Counted from the stretch's first letter, positions 28,201 to 38,445 are shown. The stretch is DNA of 64,000 bases from Andalucia godoyi And28 (GCA_009859145.1 VRVR01000007.1:1-64000); one strand, 5' to 3'. Notes: generated from the sequence alone by a model not told the origin. Numbers and translations: made by a program.

Positions 28201-31088
28201 TGGCGGAGGATGTCTCGAACGCTGCCTCCCTTGCTGAAGACGACCAAAAGGAGGAGGACTCAAGCAAAAAGCGCGAACTTCGCGCAGAAGTGACAACGCA
28301 CGTCCTCACGATCATACATCTGTTTTCCGAGGAAGACACGCTTCGCAGTCGAATTTTGGACGAGGGGCGGGAGTTTAATCTGCCGTCGCTTGCTGTGTAC
28401 GCATCGATTCCGACAGAACAGCTTCGCAAGTGTGGGCACGTGACTGAAGTTCTGTTGATGATTTGCGAGTCTTTGACATTGCACAATCCGTATCCTGAGC
28501 ATTGGTCCACGATGAGCATGTTCTGTCTGCGGTCCGTTCGGAATGTGTTGGAGCTTGTCTTCAATGTGCTGCAGAGACGTTTCCTTGCCGGCGCCAAGTA
28601 TTTTCATCGTTTGTGGTGTCTTCTGTTTCGTGGCTGCTTCATGCTGCTTCACTGTCCGCGGCTTCAGATTGAGTCGTTTTCACCGACGAAGCAGCTCTCC
28701 ATGATACAGTCAAAGTACGGAGATTTGCGATTAAGGGTTAGCGAGATGATTCAAGAAGTGTGGAATGTTCTCGATAGCCAGCAAATCCAGTTTGTTCCGT
28801 CCCTCACAGATGAGCTTTTTGCGATGACACGGCTTCCGCGGAAGGAATTTTACGATACAGCGATTAATATTCTTGTGTCTATGATTGATAGAGAATATTC
28901 GGTACGTCAGAACTTCGAGGAAGTGCAAGGGCGCATGGTCGAACTTGTGGATCTTTTTGTTTCTCAAGGAATTTTTGATGTTGCTGCTCGTGAGGCGTTT
29001 TCGAAAGTTTTGGGCGAACGAATTACGCGGTGCCGAGATGCGGCGTGTGTTTTATCTGCCAAGATATTCCTATCGGAAATTGCGCAACTCATGGAACTCG
29101 TTGCGGCAGTGCAAAGATTCAGGCCGGACGAAGAAGATGAACGAACCCAGGCAGCGCTGAAGCTTATGAATTTTCTCAAATCGGTCAAGCGGGATGAGTT
29201 GTACTTTCACTATGTCCATTTCTTGTGTGACACCCACGTCTCCCTTGGAAACTTCGTGGAGGCTGGTTTAACAATCCTTGTGCATGCGGATGCCATTTCG
29301 TGGAAACAAACAGGCGCTTTTCAGAACAAGGATGACAAGGCTGCGATCGAGACTGCATCTCCGACCAGAACAAGAATGTCGTTTTCTCGTCTCCGAAATT
29401 TGCCTGCGGACATGAAGTCTCGCAAGGAGTTTTTGTATCGCAAGGCAATCGAGTATTTTGAGCAAGGCAAGGACTACGAGAAGTGCATCGAAGTGTTGCG
29501 GTTGTTGTCGCACCGATACGAGACAGTCACGTACGAGTACTCCAAATTGCAAGCCAACTTGGTCGAGCAAGGTAAGTATTTTGTCAAAATTCTGGAGAAG
29601 GAGCGATTTTTTGCAGAATATTTCCGTGTGTCGTACTATGGTCGAGGCTTTGAAGAAACTGGACTTCAGAACAAGACATTTGTGTATCGTGGAAAGGAAC
29701 TGGAGCGCCTGATCGACTTTGTCAATCGCATTTCAGCCCGTTTTCCGAACGCAGAAATCATGAAGTCGTTGGATCCGCCGTCTGATGATGTGATGAACGG
29801 TCCGGGGCAGACGATCCAAATTATCACGCTTGCGTCTTCATCCAAGGAAGAACTGGAAGAAAACATCTTGTCTCGCAAACCCGGCGGACGAAGCGCGATT
29901 ACCGTCAAGGAAGAAAAGGCCTCGGAGGCCGCCGTTCCGTATTTTGTAGAAAAGTATCGGAGAATGGATTGCATCAATGTGTTCAAGTACTCTCGAATGT
30001 TTCGTCTCACGGCAGGCAGGAAGGATGAAGATATTTCTGATATGTGTCGTCGGGATTCGTTCTTGGTCACAGAAGAGTCGTTCCCTGCGATTCACCGGAG
30101 AAGTGCCGTTGTTGAGACGTTTGACTTCACTCTAGGGCCTCTAGAGCTTGCTGTATCGAACATTCAATCCAAAGTCCTGGAATTCGACAAGGTTCTTGCC
30201 CTCCCTGTCCAGCAGATTGATATCAATCGTCTGTCAATGATGCTCAACGGTGTGATTGATGCTGCAATCAACGGAGGTCTTGCGAAGTACAAGACTGCAT
30301 TCTTTACGAAGAAGTATCTGTTCAAGAACCCGTCCGAACTTTCTCGTTTGGAGCAGCTGCGCACTGCGTTCAGTGCGCAGTTGGTTGCACTGGAAAAAGG
30401 TCTTCAGGTCCACGGTTCGATTGCGCGCTTGACAATGCCAGGCCTTCTTGGACTGCAATCGAAGCTCGATTCGTTTTTCGAGAAGATGCGAAAGGACATG
30501 ACCAGCGTTCTGGAATTTGATACTTCGCGGGTCCCAACACTGGAAGAGGTAACTGCAGAGGATGATGCGCTGGATAAGACGGACCAGGCACACTCGCCCG
30601 CGCCCTCGACTCCCAATTCTGGCGCTGCAATCTCTGCAGCAGTAACAAAGCCGCACTCTGCTTCCGTCGTCCATCATCAGTCCAGATTGTCCGTGCATTT
30701 TCCTGCAGGAGACGTGGTGAGTTCCCCTTCGTCCAAAGTTGGCATGAGTCCCACGCAACCCGCTACGGAACCGCAATCTGCATCGTCTCCCTCCACAACC
30801 CGCGTGTCCTCTCAAGAGCCGTCTCCTTCTTCTCCTACCACTGCACCTACTGCTGTCCCTGCCTCTGTACCTGCCCCGGTGTCTGGCCCAGCACCCTCAC
30901 CGCAGCTTGCCGTCTCGCCTGCTTCTTCGCAGTCACCTCCCAATTCTCCTGCAGTTCCTGCTCAGTCCTCTTCTGCTACTCATGTCCCTTTTGCTGGTGC
31001 TTCGTTTTCTCAAACGAAAGATACAGCGTCGGACGATGAATTCATCGAGACCACCTCGAACCTTGCGCAGTTGCGAGATCATGCGTAA
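25245..31088 (+). CDS. DOCK-family Rac GEF (SH3, DHR-1 C2, DHR-2), DOCK-A/B-like
   Basis: N-terminal SH3 (GWYRG...KGIFPSNYI), RKPYGCGV C2 region, DHR-2 (EYFRVSYYGRGF...FVYRG, LNGVIDAAINGGLAKYKTAF), Pro/Ser-rich tail. Confidence 0.95.
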   Translation: MTTASLAGSPQSFPSWNKKEGFGVAKFAFAATGRYQLSLNAGEYVYISQECNGWYRGGILEGEEKGIFPSNYIALLEEVPERKQQLQQLQQQETNSQRKPPPLSSANAVKDEILDEIINVLREWGVEMKRLLENKRFYDSDSLKEKMAVLVQLRKQMILLPSDRFTNEQFSELKSKAIKVIEEGSRMLNLDMIVRVSAGEKKGQRADEVNTPIVELYRQHKDSQEREDQEQLRRKKEEDRKRMTSGKRSKQGKIRDKAAQSVMGFNFPEGPLQLVLDVKACMFNAGVETELYFGLYSAAEKAFITEEFTFELTALGMPKDQNLINNLRCLFKDLSTVELAKDLYLVCRIYRVCHPWDDKEHSSSSSTSSSSGHSSASSGSSSISRRLEDPSGKVRKPYGCGVLHLSPALLQKISMDEEFCPDNMDIYRSPGNSLNMTHELIISNSKDVERVPMAIGIAVGLAFHPGSFFEKRQRFSALPVCPMSYFGNIIQAGIVRSDMYVTVDSAQFTSDTKNSLIMMHCCGENGAALEGIVERGNQHLKTPNASYCTLFAMGTSSPVFSDACRLNLQSMDPRKSYLLFVAYSGLAKSNKGRVDPYAFATLDLCNEDGMMLEDRSYTLQFYRWGKGWKYPPPDVMKNEEMMTRILCKKESITVSTRLVSTKLTQSPTLHYMLNWKIFPEKYVDSLSRFTFLEIKEIVKFLREIFDALFDILRDTTDPKISKMVYAALIFIIGELVDDKNPQMAKYREVMDVYISQSLSCSAAFVALIKNLSDEFAKCSDDKFASHLRSTAKACGYVFKFITASFRIYCEQLQLKEDEGLHVESFRSDVKALMEQMIGMLSLQQPKSIIAAQTILLRQMTYVFQSLSGLFSPKSLGNLMSLLLSSIRTDVDKVDFVRNKLLVLRKFVQSDIFALRESHPLVVGQIIKESRFHLSAERDESEHLQVVPIISDIILVVQKHHLLEPQTQRLLWDVFLDLLMFLCKLPVAEDVSNAASLAEDDQKEEDSSKKRELRAEVTTHVLTIIHLFSEEDTLRSRILDEGREFNLPSLAVYASIPTEQLRKCGHVTEVLLMICESLTLHNPYPEHWSTMSMFCLRSVRNVLELVFNVLQRRFLAGAKYFHRLWCLLFRGCFMLLHCPRLQIESFSPTKQLSMIQSKYGDLRLRVSEMIQEVWNVLDSQQIQFVPSLTDELFAMTRLPRKEFYDTAINILVSMIDREYSVRQNFEEVQGRMVELVDLFVSQGIFDVAAREAFSKVLGERITRCRDAACVLSAKIFLSEIAQLMELVAAVQRFRPDEEDERTQAALKLMNFLKSVKRDELYFHYVHFLCDTHVSLGNFVEAGLTILVHADAISWKQTGAFQNKDDKAAIETASPTRTRMSFSRLRNLPADMKSRKEFLYRKAIEYFEQGKDYEKCIEVLRLLSHRYETVTYEYSKLQANLVEQGKYFVKILEKERFFAEYFRVSYYGRGFEETGLQNKTFVYRGKELERLIDFVNRISARFPNAEIMKSLDPPSDDVMNGPGQTIQIITLASSSKEELEENILSRKPGGRSAITVKEEKASEAAVPYFVEKYRRMDCINVFKYSRMFRLTAGRKDEDISDMCRRDSFLVTEESFPAIHRRSAVVETFDFTLGPLELAVSNIQSKVLEFDKVLALPVQQIDINRLSMMLNGVIDAAINGGLAKYKTAFFTKKYLFKNPSELSRLEQLRTAFSAQLVALEKGLQVHGSIARLTMPGLLGLQSKLDSFFEKMRKDMTSVLEFDTSRVPTLEEVTAEDDALDKTDQAHSPAPSTPNSGAAISAAVTKPHSASVVHHQSRLSVHFPAGDVVSSPSSKVGMSPTQPATEPQSASSPSTTRVSSQEPSPSSPTTAPTAVPASVPAPVSGPAPSPQLAVSPASSQSPPNSPAVPAQSSSATHVPFAGASFSQTKDTASDDEFIETTSNLAQLRDHA

Positions 31089-31365
31089 TCGTTTTTCTTC
31101 TGTACTTTATTTCTGACACTTCTGTCTAGGCCGCACCCATTTCATTAAAAGCAATGACTCTGGAAGTATATCAATAATCTCGGGGGGACGTGGGTTTCCT
31201 TTTTTAGCAGGCTCAAAAAAGACCGCATTGTCGGAAGACGCAGAAGTAGGAAACGAATACAGAGATGGGATTGAGCACAGGAAATATTTTTTAAAAAAAC
31301 GGAAAACCGGATTTAACGGAAGAGATCTCGGAATCTCTGAAATCAAATTGTTTATGGAAGCGTCC

Positions 31366-32961
31366 TTACGATGCATGAATACCCTCGCTGGACAACTGCA
31401 AATGCGAAATGACATCCCCTACCAGGTATAACGAGCCGGTGACCAGAACGTGTACCGACGCGTTCGCCGAAAGCGACAGGCGCTCCGCATACAGCATGGC
31501 GTTCGAAACCGAGTTAAAGATGCGACAGGGAACACGAGCTGACGCATGCGAAGGAAACGCATTCCATGCATCTCGAATCTCCACCTGTCGGATCAGCGAA
31601 TCGCTGGATAACTCCGTCGCGGATTCCACGGACAATCCATTCGGCACAATTGCTCGTCTCTGTTCAGAGTCTTGTGGCTTCGACAAGCTCAGTTTGGTCG
31701 AATCCAGCGGGCACAACAAGAGCTCGCTGAACACCAGCTGGCTGGCCACAGGTCTCAAGATCCTTTGTGGATCCCGCTCGGGAGACGTATAGAAGATACA
31801 TAGCCTCCTTACAGGCACGTTGGATTCTTGTGCCTGTTCCATCTGCTTCGAATCGCTGGAGAACCAGTCTCTGCAGACGGTCATGCTCTCTTCGGTATGC
31901 GCACCATCCAAAAAGTACGTCACTCGTCCGCTCCGCGAGTGCTCAATTTGACCGCGACCAGCCCACTTTGCATTCGCCAGCCCACTGCGAATGGTCGGGG
32001 TTACCACAAATGGGTCTGCACTACTGTCAAGAAATGTGTTTGCCAACGCAATCGCAAGGGCCGCGTTTTCCTTTTGATGTTCGCCTCGCAAGCCGATCTT
32101 CAGCGGCTGTTCAGCTGCATCTGACTTGAATGATCCCAAGGACGGCACAACGTCCAATCGACATTGCACGCTTGCCGCATAGTCCGCGAGAACCGTCTGC
32201 GCTTCGGGTTTTTGCGGAACAGTAAAACAGCGCACATCTCGCTTCATGATTCCGGCTTTCGCAAAGGCGATTTCCGACAAGGAGTTTCCAAGAACTGCCA
32301 TATGGTCATATCCCAACGAAGAAATCCCACAGACAATAGGTTTTTCCAGAATGTTTGTCGCGTCAAACTTGCCTCCCATTCCGACCTCGATGATTGCGAC
32401 ATCGACGTTTTCCTCGAGAAAGAGCTGGAACCCAAGGAGAGTCAAGAACCGGAAGTACGTTGGAAATGACGTCCTTCGTTCAACATTCAGAGCCCCTGCT
32501 CCCGGCACTGATGTTGATGCTGATGCCGAGTCTGACTCTGATATGGAATCGTGGAGAGTATCCCAAAGCGACCAGAAAGACGATGCAAAACGGTCTGGAT
32601 CTACCGGGGATCCATTGATGCGTATTCTCTCGCGGACATCCACAAGGTGCGGCGACGTGTACAGTCCCGTTCGCAAGCCATGCGCCCGAAGAATGGACTC
32701 AGTCATTGCGCAAGCTGATCCTTTGCCCTTTGTACCCGCAACGTGAATTGCTCGAAGCCTGCTTACAGAAAGCCCGCTCCTCCGAACATAGTCAATCATC
32801 GGCTCGAGCGAGCGTTCATGCAGCAAATCCTTGGTAAACCCCGGAGTCCGCGTGATCAGCGACTCGAGTGCATGCAGTGCCGCCTAATGCAAAAAAGCAT
32901 TCCCAAAAAAATAAAGAAAGAAAAAAGAAAAAAAGTAAGTTACCATTCCAAAACAATCCAT
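31366..32961 (-). CDS. FPGS: Folylpolyglutamate synthase (exons 32961-32944 and 32883-31366)
   Basis: IHVAGTKGKGS, GLYTSPHLVDVRERIRING, VEVGMGGKFDATN, YFLDGAHT, LVTGSLYLVGD. The conserved ALESLIT segment lies just after a T-rich TAG acceptor (32884); GTAACT donor at 32943 gives a 60-nt intron. Exon 1 is inferred. Confidence 0.93.
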
Positions 32962-33616
32962 GCAACACGGCTGATTGTGCTGCACTGCATTGCAAATCTA
33001 GCAGAGCCCGATGGACGAGAAGCAAAGAAAAATTTTAAAAGTGAACGGTATATCTATAGAAGAAGAAAAACAATGCAAAACAAAACAAAACCCAACAAAG
33101 TAGTCATACAGCGTAAGTTCGTGCAGACATGCGCAAAGAAACAGAACGGAAAAAGCCAACCAATAAAAGCAACCAGGTCCTTCAAATAACCGCAATGACG
33201 AGAATAAATTAGGGAACAATGTGATCTTATTCGTGCTTTGTACTGGTTCGTGTCGCTGTGCTGTCTTGATTGTTGCGATGTTTGCAACGAGATGCTGTGA
33301 GTCCCAGACCGAATGCACATAATCACCAATTTTTTCCCGTTTGGGCGTGCGACGTCTATTGCATGACTTGCCTGCTGGAGGAAAATCCCAGTAGCGGCTA
33401 CGACTGCGGAGCGGAAGAAACTCCCCGACTCCCCCGACTCTCCCGACTCCGAATCCACTCTCGCGTTGCAGTTTGCAATTCTCAGTTGGCAGTCATTTGT
33501 TGTTCTGTCTGCGCACGCATACGACCGAATCGTGGCAACTGAATAACTGTACGTAGACGGATACGGATACGGATAGAAGAAAGAGGAGGATAGGAAGAAA
33601 TAGAGAGGCGAAAGAA

Positions 33617-34066
33617 ATGGGAAAGCAGCACGCAGTGACGCATGGTGGATGTCTGTGCATATCGGGTACTACAGACTATGACATGGACAATCCGCTGATC
33701 GTACTGGTGACTCGAAGAAAGCACCGAAACTGCTACACGGTTCCAAAGGGGCACATTGATCCTGGCGAGACGGGTGTGGTTGCCGGGGTTCGCGAGACCG
33801 TTGAGGAAGCCGGGATCGAGTGTTCGGCGATTTACATGCTCGGAGTGTTCCACAAGATCGAGACGTGGGTATCGCGCGTCGATCACATGATGGACGACTG
33901 GCTCGAATCCAACCACCGTCACCGATCTGTCGTCCCGCTCCACAGCGTTCTCACCGGACTCGTCACGGTCTCTGAACCGACTTTGCAAATGTGCCAGTCG
34001 TACGCGGAGCTCGATGCAAGCACCAAGCATCAAATCAAATCGGCAATGCGCTCTACGACTGCGTAA
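33617..34066 (+). CDS. Nudix hydrolase, DIPP/Aps1-like
   Basis: Nudix box PKGHIDPGETGVVAGVRETVEEAG; W.E...R C-terminal motif. Confidence 0.85.
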   Translation: MGKQHAVTHGGCLCISGTTDYDMDNPLIVLVTRRKHRNCYTVPKGHIDPGETGVVAGVRETVEEAGIECSAIYMLGVFHKIETWVSRVDHMMDDWLESNHRHRSVVPLHSVLTGLVTVSEPTLQMCQSYAELDASTKHQIKSAMRSTTA

Positions 34067-34232
34067 GCTGTAATTATTTTTTTAAAAAAAGAGACAGAGA
34101 AATAAATAAGGGGGTATGGTTTTCCGAATGTCTCACTGACCGAACGAGTCCGCCGTCAGCTAGGCGTCACACAAACGGCACGGGCGCAACAGGAGATCCT
34201 TGTTTTTGAGAGGTCGTGGAGGGCAAGGCGCA

Positions 34233-35126
34233 ATGCAGACGCTCGCAAGCAGTATTCATCACACTCACAATTCAGCAATGGAGGAGAAATCGGCAGGCGG
34301 CAGCGGCGGTCCCAGCCACACGTCGCGCATCGGGCTGCTGTTCCTGCATCTTGGATGCGGAATGCTGTTGGTGCATTACTGGCGCATGTTTACTCCATAT
34401 CCGGGAATTGTAATGTGTGCACTCACGCCACTCACCGTATCCTACGTGCTTTTCCGAGCGTATCAAAAACCGCATTCTCTGCCGCTTTTTTTCCGTCGAA
34501 TACTGATGAATCCGCTCTTTGCAAATCGGCCACGAATGTTCTTGTCGTGGTTGGCCGGCTTCACAGTTGTATGTTCGCTTCTCATCACATACTATATCAT
34601 GCATTCTCTGCGCATTTGGTGCGCATTTTCGCCGATTTACCAGAAGAGAATGTGCGATGCATCTGCTGAGGTCCACAAGACACTGGATGCTGCAGGAATC
34701 AAGATGTGGCTTGGGTATGGCTCGGTACTCGGGCTTGTTCGCCACAATCGAATGCCTATTCCGTGGGAACACGACTTCGACGCTCTTATTCGTCCTTCGG
34801 ATGTCGGCGCGGCAATTGAGGCGTTGCGGAAGCATGGGTATGATATGGAGATCGTGCGGTCTGGAACGGGCATTCGAATTCCATTCGACGACGGCGGACT
34901 GTTTCCTGCCCGAGAAGGAGAAGCGAAAATCACAGACTTGTGGACGTATCCAATTACTCAAAAGGACTTTGACGAGCTGCAGCTCACGCAGTTCTGTGGA
35001 CACACGTTTTGGTCGTGGAAAGACCCGCAAAAGTATCTGGTTGAGTTGTATGGCGAGAGCTACATGACCGTCCAATTCGATCATCTTGCAGGGTTCTGCG
35101 CGATCCACGTCGATGAAACCTGGTAG
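34233..35126 (+). CDS. LicD/fukutin-family nucleotidyltransferase-like membrane protein
   Basis: N-terminal TM segments, then WLGYGSVLGLVRHNRMPIPWEHDFD (LicD signature) and YLVELYGESY. Confidence 0.85.
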   Translation: MQTLASSIHHTHNSAMEEKSAGGSGGPSHTSRIGLLFLHLGCGMLLVHYWRMFTPYPGIVMCALTPLTVSYVLFRAYQKPHSLPLFFRRILMNPLFANRPRMFLSWLAGFTVVCSLLITYYIMHSLRIWCAFSPIYQKRMCDASAEVHKTLDAAGIKMWLGYGSVLGLVRHNRMPIPWEHDFDALIRPSDVGAAIEALRKHGYDMEIVRSGTGIRIPFDDGGLFPAREGEAKITDLWTYPITQKDFDELQLTQFCGHTFWSWKDPQKYLVELYGESYMTVQFDHLAGFCAIHVDETW

Positions 35127-35539
35127 CGTGGCAATTAAAACAACATCGTTCATTCGTTCATTCGTTTCATTCCTCCATCTCCAACCCTCCCCCTGCTTCA
35201 TTCCGCTTCATTCAGAAACCGCAATCAATGCAGTCCGAACCTATTCGTCGCATAGGGCATGTCGGGTCGCGTCCACGGTCTGCCAAAGCCAGTCTGAGTC
35301 TGCCGCGCGCTGTCAACCCTTTCCCGGGCAACTTCCGTAGAGAACGTCGAACCCGCAGATGTTCACGCGCCTACAGTATACACTGAACAAATGCATATTC
35401 AATCTTGCATCCCGTCGCCGGGAAGGGGATAGGCCGCCAACACGCCTCGCGGCGTAGGCGTAGGCGAATGCGTCATCCCAGCGCACCCACGCCCATATTT
35501 GAATTAATAAAGTGAAACCAACGAATGATAGAATGATAG

Positions 35540-35704
35540 ATGGCTACGGATGCTGCGTTAAAGAGCGTCGAAAATGCGGAGCGTGTGTCACCGGCTGAAT
35601 TCTGGCCGAGCGTGCGTAAGCACGAATTCCCTGTGAAACAAACGTGCTGGTGTCGGCCAGTATTGACCGTGTCTGTTTATGCATACTTCCTTCCGTATGC
35701 ATGA
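35540..35704 (+). CDS. Possible 54-aa small protein MATDAALKSVENAERVSPAEFWPSVRKHEFPVKQTCWCRP...
   Basis: ATG GCT start, protein-like composition; below the ORF-track cutoff; no homology recognised. Confidence 0.3.
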   Translation: MATDAALKSVENAERVSPAEFWPSVRKHEFPVKQTCWCRPVLTVSVYAYFLPYA

Positions 35705-35855
35705 CAATGACGTGTCATTATTTACGCGGTCTCGTCTTTGGTTTTTTGTTTTTTTTTTAATTTAAATTATTCTTTTAAAAGTATGATGTTTTGATTATTC
35801 GGAAGGCCGCTCACAGACGAGAAGCCGACGATTGAAGTGACAGGTTTGCGCGGGA

Positions 35856-36242
35856 ATGTCTGCAATTGGATTCGATTGGGTGCAGTCAACTGTTGAATTC
35901 TTCAGCGCAAATATAGAGTACTTTGGAAAGCACCCGCTTGAATTTGCTCGTTTATGCGCAACCCTGCCAACTGCGGCGCATCGACAGGAATTCCGAAGCA
36001 TTGCAATCAAGGCATTTGGTCCACGGATCTTGCAGGCCATTGAGCAGAAAGAGCGCGAACGACAATCTGCAGACGCTTCGGGGATGCACCCCGTCGCAAG
36101 AGCACTCGATCGGTTGCTTCAGCTGGATCCTATGGACGAGCGGGTCGGTGCCGTCATCATGTCCACAGGACTGTCCAGTCAGGAGACACTTCTCTTGGAA
36201 GACCTCTTGCATGTGCTGCAAAAAAGGAGGAACGCAATGTAG
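35856..36242 (+). CDS. 128-aa hypothetical helical protein
   Basis: Clean ATG-TAG ORF between AT-rich spacers, balanced composition. Confidence 0.65.
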   Translation: MSAIGFDWVQSTVEFFSANIEYFGKHPLEFARLCATLPTAAHRQEFRSIAIKAFGPRILQAIEQKERERQSADASGMHPVARALDRLLQLDPMDERVGAVIMSTGLSSQETLLLEDLLHVLQKRRNAM

Positions 36243-36305
36243 ATGATCATCGTATGCATCGTTACGAGTCCTGGCAGGATGCTTCACCATCACGATCAGC
36301 GGGCT

Positions 36306-38192
36306 TCAGGTTTTGGCAGAGCAGCACCGGCAGTCGCGCATGTGCTGGATGTGTCCACTGCGTCCACATTTGCGACACCATGCGACGATGCCGCGAACGG
36401 GAAGTCGGCATACTGCGCATGCAGCCTGCGGATCGTTCGCTGCTCCTTCGGATGAAACGGTGCGAACATTTGTTGCTTGTTTGGATTCGGAAGAAACAAC
36501 TTCGAACGGCGAATATTTGGTTACAGACGCAGCACAATCAAAGAGCTGCATGCGCCGCAGAATGTCGACGTATGACAAATGGCAGTCTGCTCCCCGCTGC
36601 TGCGAAGTGATCTTGTCCACCGACGACTTGTAGATCAACAGCAGCAACCCGCAGGTGTGTATATCGTTCATAGACGAATGGTAGTCAAATATGGAAGACA
36701 GCATCTCCCACTGACGATCCGTCCGTTCCAGTACCAGGATGCTTTCCCAGAGGTATGCATGCGCATGAAGTCCGAGATCAGTGCAAACGTTCAAGCAGTT
36801 TTTCACCGTGTATCCACCCCGCATGCCATGGTAGGCGTGCGCAAGGTTCCGGAACTCCACAGTGTCGCTATTTGACATTGATGCAGTGCATATTACGGCT
36901 GCGAAGTGGACGGTAAGAGAAGCCACGATAAGAAGAAGAAAATGTAGTATAGTTAGCAAGAATATCCTTAGCGAATGCTGTTCGCAAAAACAGAACAATA
37001 ATAATAATAAGAATAACAATAACAATAAAATAATAAACCACGTACCCGATTTCTTTGAAATGCGGCTCTGGATGTCCTTCTCGGTATCGCCGCGTGCCAC
37101 AGTATCCAGGCAAAAGGCAATGGAGTGGACATCCGACGACGCACTGAAAGTAATGGCCTGGCTGGGATAGAACGATCGGTGCGGTTGAACAAATTCCGAG
37201 ATGTGCGTGATTTGAATGTCACCCTTGACATCCTTGGACGACGACACCAGCGCGTCTGGTCCGTTAAACCACTCCACGCAGCTCACAATGTTGTGATGCA
37301 CGCTGCCTGCACGGCCAAGCGAGTACAATGGCACATAAACGTTTCGCACGTCCCAAACATGGACATTGGCGTCGAGAACGGATGCGCTGGTCGCAAGCTG
37401 GTGCTGATGAGAAGGACGCCACCGCACTCGTCCAACCGAATCCGAAGTGTATACGACTGCGGTCTGTTTTGGCTTCGTCGTCAAGTCCCACACTCGAACA
37501 CTTTGGTCCCGGGAAGAAGTGACAATCGCTTGACTGTTATCCGGATGCCAGTCCACTGCAAGCGTGAGCTGCGTGTGCGCCGGAAAGTCAATGCGCGGAG
37601 ACCCAGTGTTCCGCATATCCCACACTTGGAGCCTTCCATTGTCATGAACTGTTGCGAAGAAGTTGATGAATTTCGGAGAAAATTGGACATCTCGCACAGA
37701 GTCGGCCTTGCTTGCAAACTGGGATTGCGGCTGCATCAGCGTCGCGGCATCCTGCGGGCCCTTGACAGTGGCTACACGCAAATCAAATAACCGGGCGATC
37801 CCATCCTGGCAGCCAGACATCAAGAGATTGGGCTCCAGCATGGACCACGCCACTCGGTTCACAGCTCTTGGATGCAAAAACGAGGATTCTTGGACTCTGT
37901 GTTTCTTGGCCTGCAAATTCCAAATCACCACCGTCCCGTTTGTCGCTCCCGAAGCAAAATACTGACTGAACTGCGGGTTTGGGTGCCACTGAATATCGCA
38001 TCCCGACAGAAACTTCTTTTCCGCTCGAAGATTCATTGACGCCGTAATCGAATACACCGGCTTCTCTCCCGAAGTGTCCGTCGCCACATCCAGTATGCGC
38101 ATATACGAACGGCCAACCACCGCAATCGCCTTGTGATCCGGAGACACGGAAAACGCAGATATCTCAGATCCGCATTCAAACCTCGCAGGCAT
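36306..38192 (-). CDS. WDR24: GATOR2 subunit WDR24/Sea2-like, probable intron 37045-36899
   Basis: WD40 repeats (LLMSGCQDG, ESVRDVQFSP, WDMRN, RVRWRP), FRNLAHAY segment, C-terminal CAVCRLPVRGIVAWCRKCGRSGHIQHM RING-like finger. ATG at 38192. Confidence 0.85.
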   Translation of the reverse strand: MPARFECGSEISAFSVSPDHKAIAVVGRSYMRILDVATDTSGEKPVYSITASMNLRAEKKFLSGCDIQWHPNPQFSQYFASGATNGTVVIWNLQAKKHRVQESSFLHPRAVNRVAWSMLEPNLLMSGCQDGIARLFDLRVATVKGPQDAATLMQPQSQFASKADSVRDVQFSPKFINFFATVHDNGRLQVWDMRNTGSPRIDFPAHTQLTLAVDWHPDNSQAIVTSSRDQSVRVWDLTTKPKQTAVVYTSDSVGRVRWRPSHQHQLATSASVLDANVHVWDVRNVYVPLYSLGRAGSVHHNIVSCVEWFNGPDALVSSSKDVKGDIQITHISEFVQPHRSFYPSQAITFSASSDVHSIAFCLDTVARGDTEKDIQSRISKKSGTWFIILLLLLFLLLLLFCFCEQHSLRIFLLTILHFLLLIVASLTVHFAAVICTASMSNSDTVEFRNLAHAYHGMRGGYTVKNCLNVCTDLGLHAHAYLWESILVLERTDRQWEMLSSIFDYHSSMNDIHTCGLLLLIYKSSVDKITSQQRGADCHLSYVDILRRMQLFDCAASVTKYSPFEVVSSESKQATNVRTVSSEGAANDPQAACAVCRLPVRGIVAWCRKCGRSGHIQHMRDCRCCSAKT

Positions 38193-38376
38193 CGAGTTCA
38201 ATCCAACAGCAGCAATAAACCAAGATTATGATTATTACAACAACACTTGCAAACACAAACAACGCACCAGAAATAATAAAGAATATTAATTATTATTATT
38301 AATATTATTATTATTTCTATTACTATTACAATAATTTATGCATTCATTACAAAATGCACTTCTTTTTATGCAAAAA

Positions 38377-38445
38377 AGAAAAAGAAAAAGAAAAAGAAAA
38401 AGAAAAAGAAAAAGAAAAAGAAAAGAAAAGAAAAGAAAAAGAAAA
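38377..38445. repeat. (GAAAAA)n/(GAAAA)n tandem repeat
   Basis: Visible hexamer/pentamer array in the WDR24/Timeless divergent spacer. Confidence 0.9.

Noticed and set aside
35340-35365. tRNA T-loop-like GGGTTCGAC on minus
   Set aside because: No T-stem pairing or cloverleaf.
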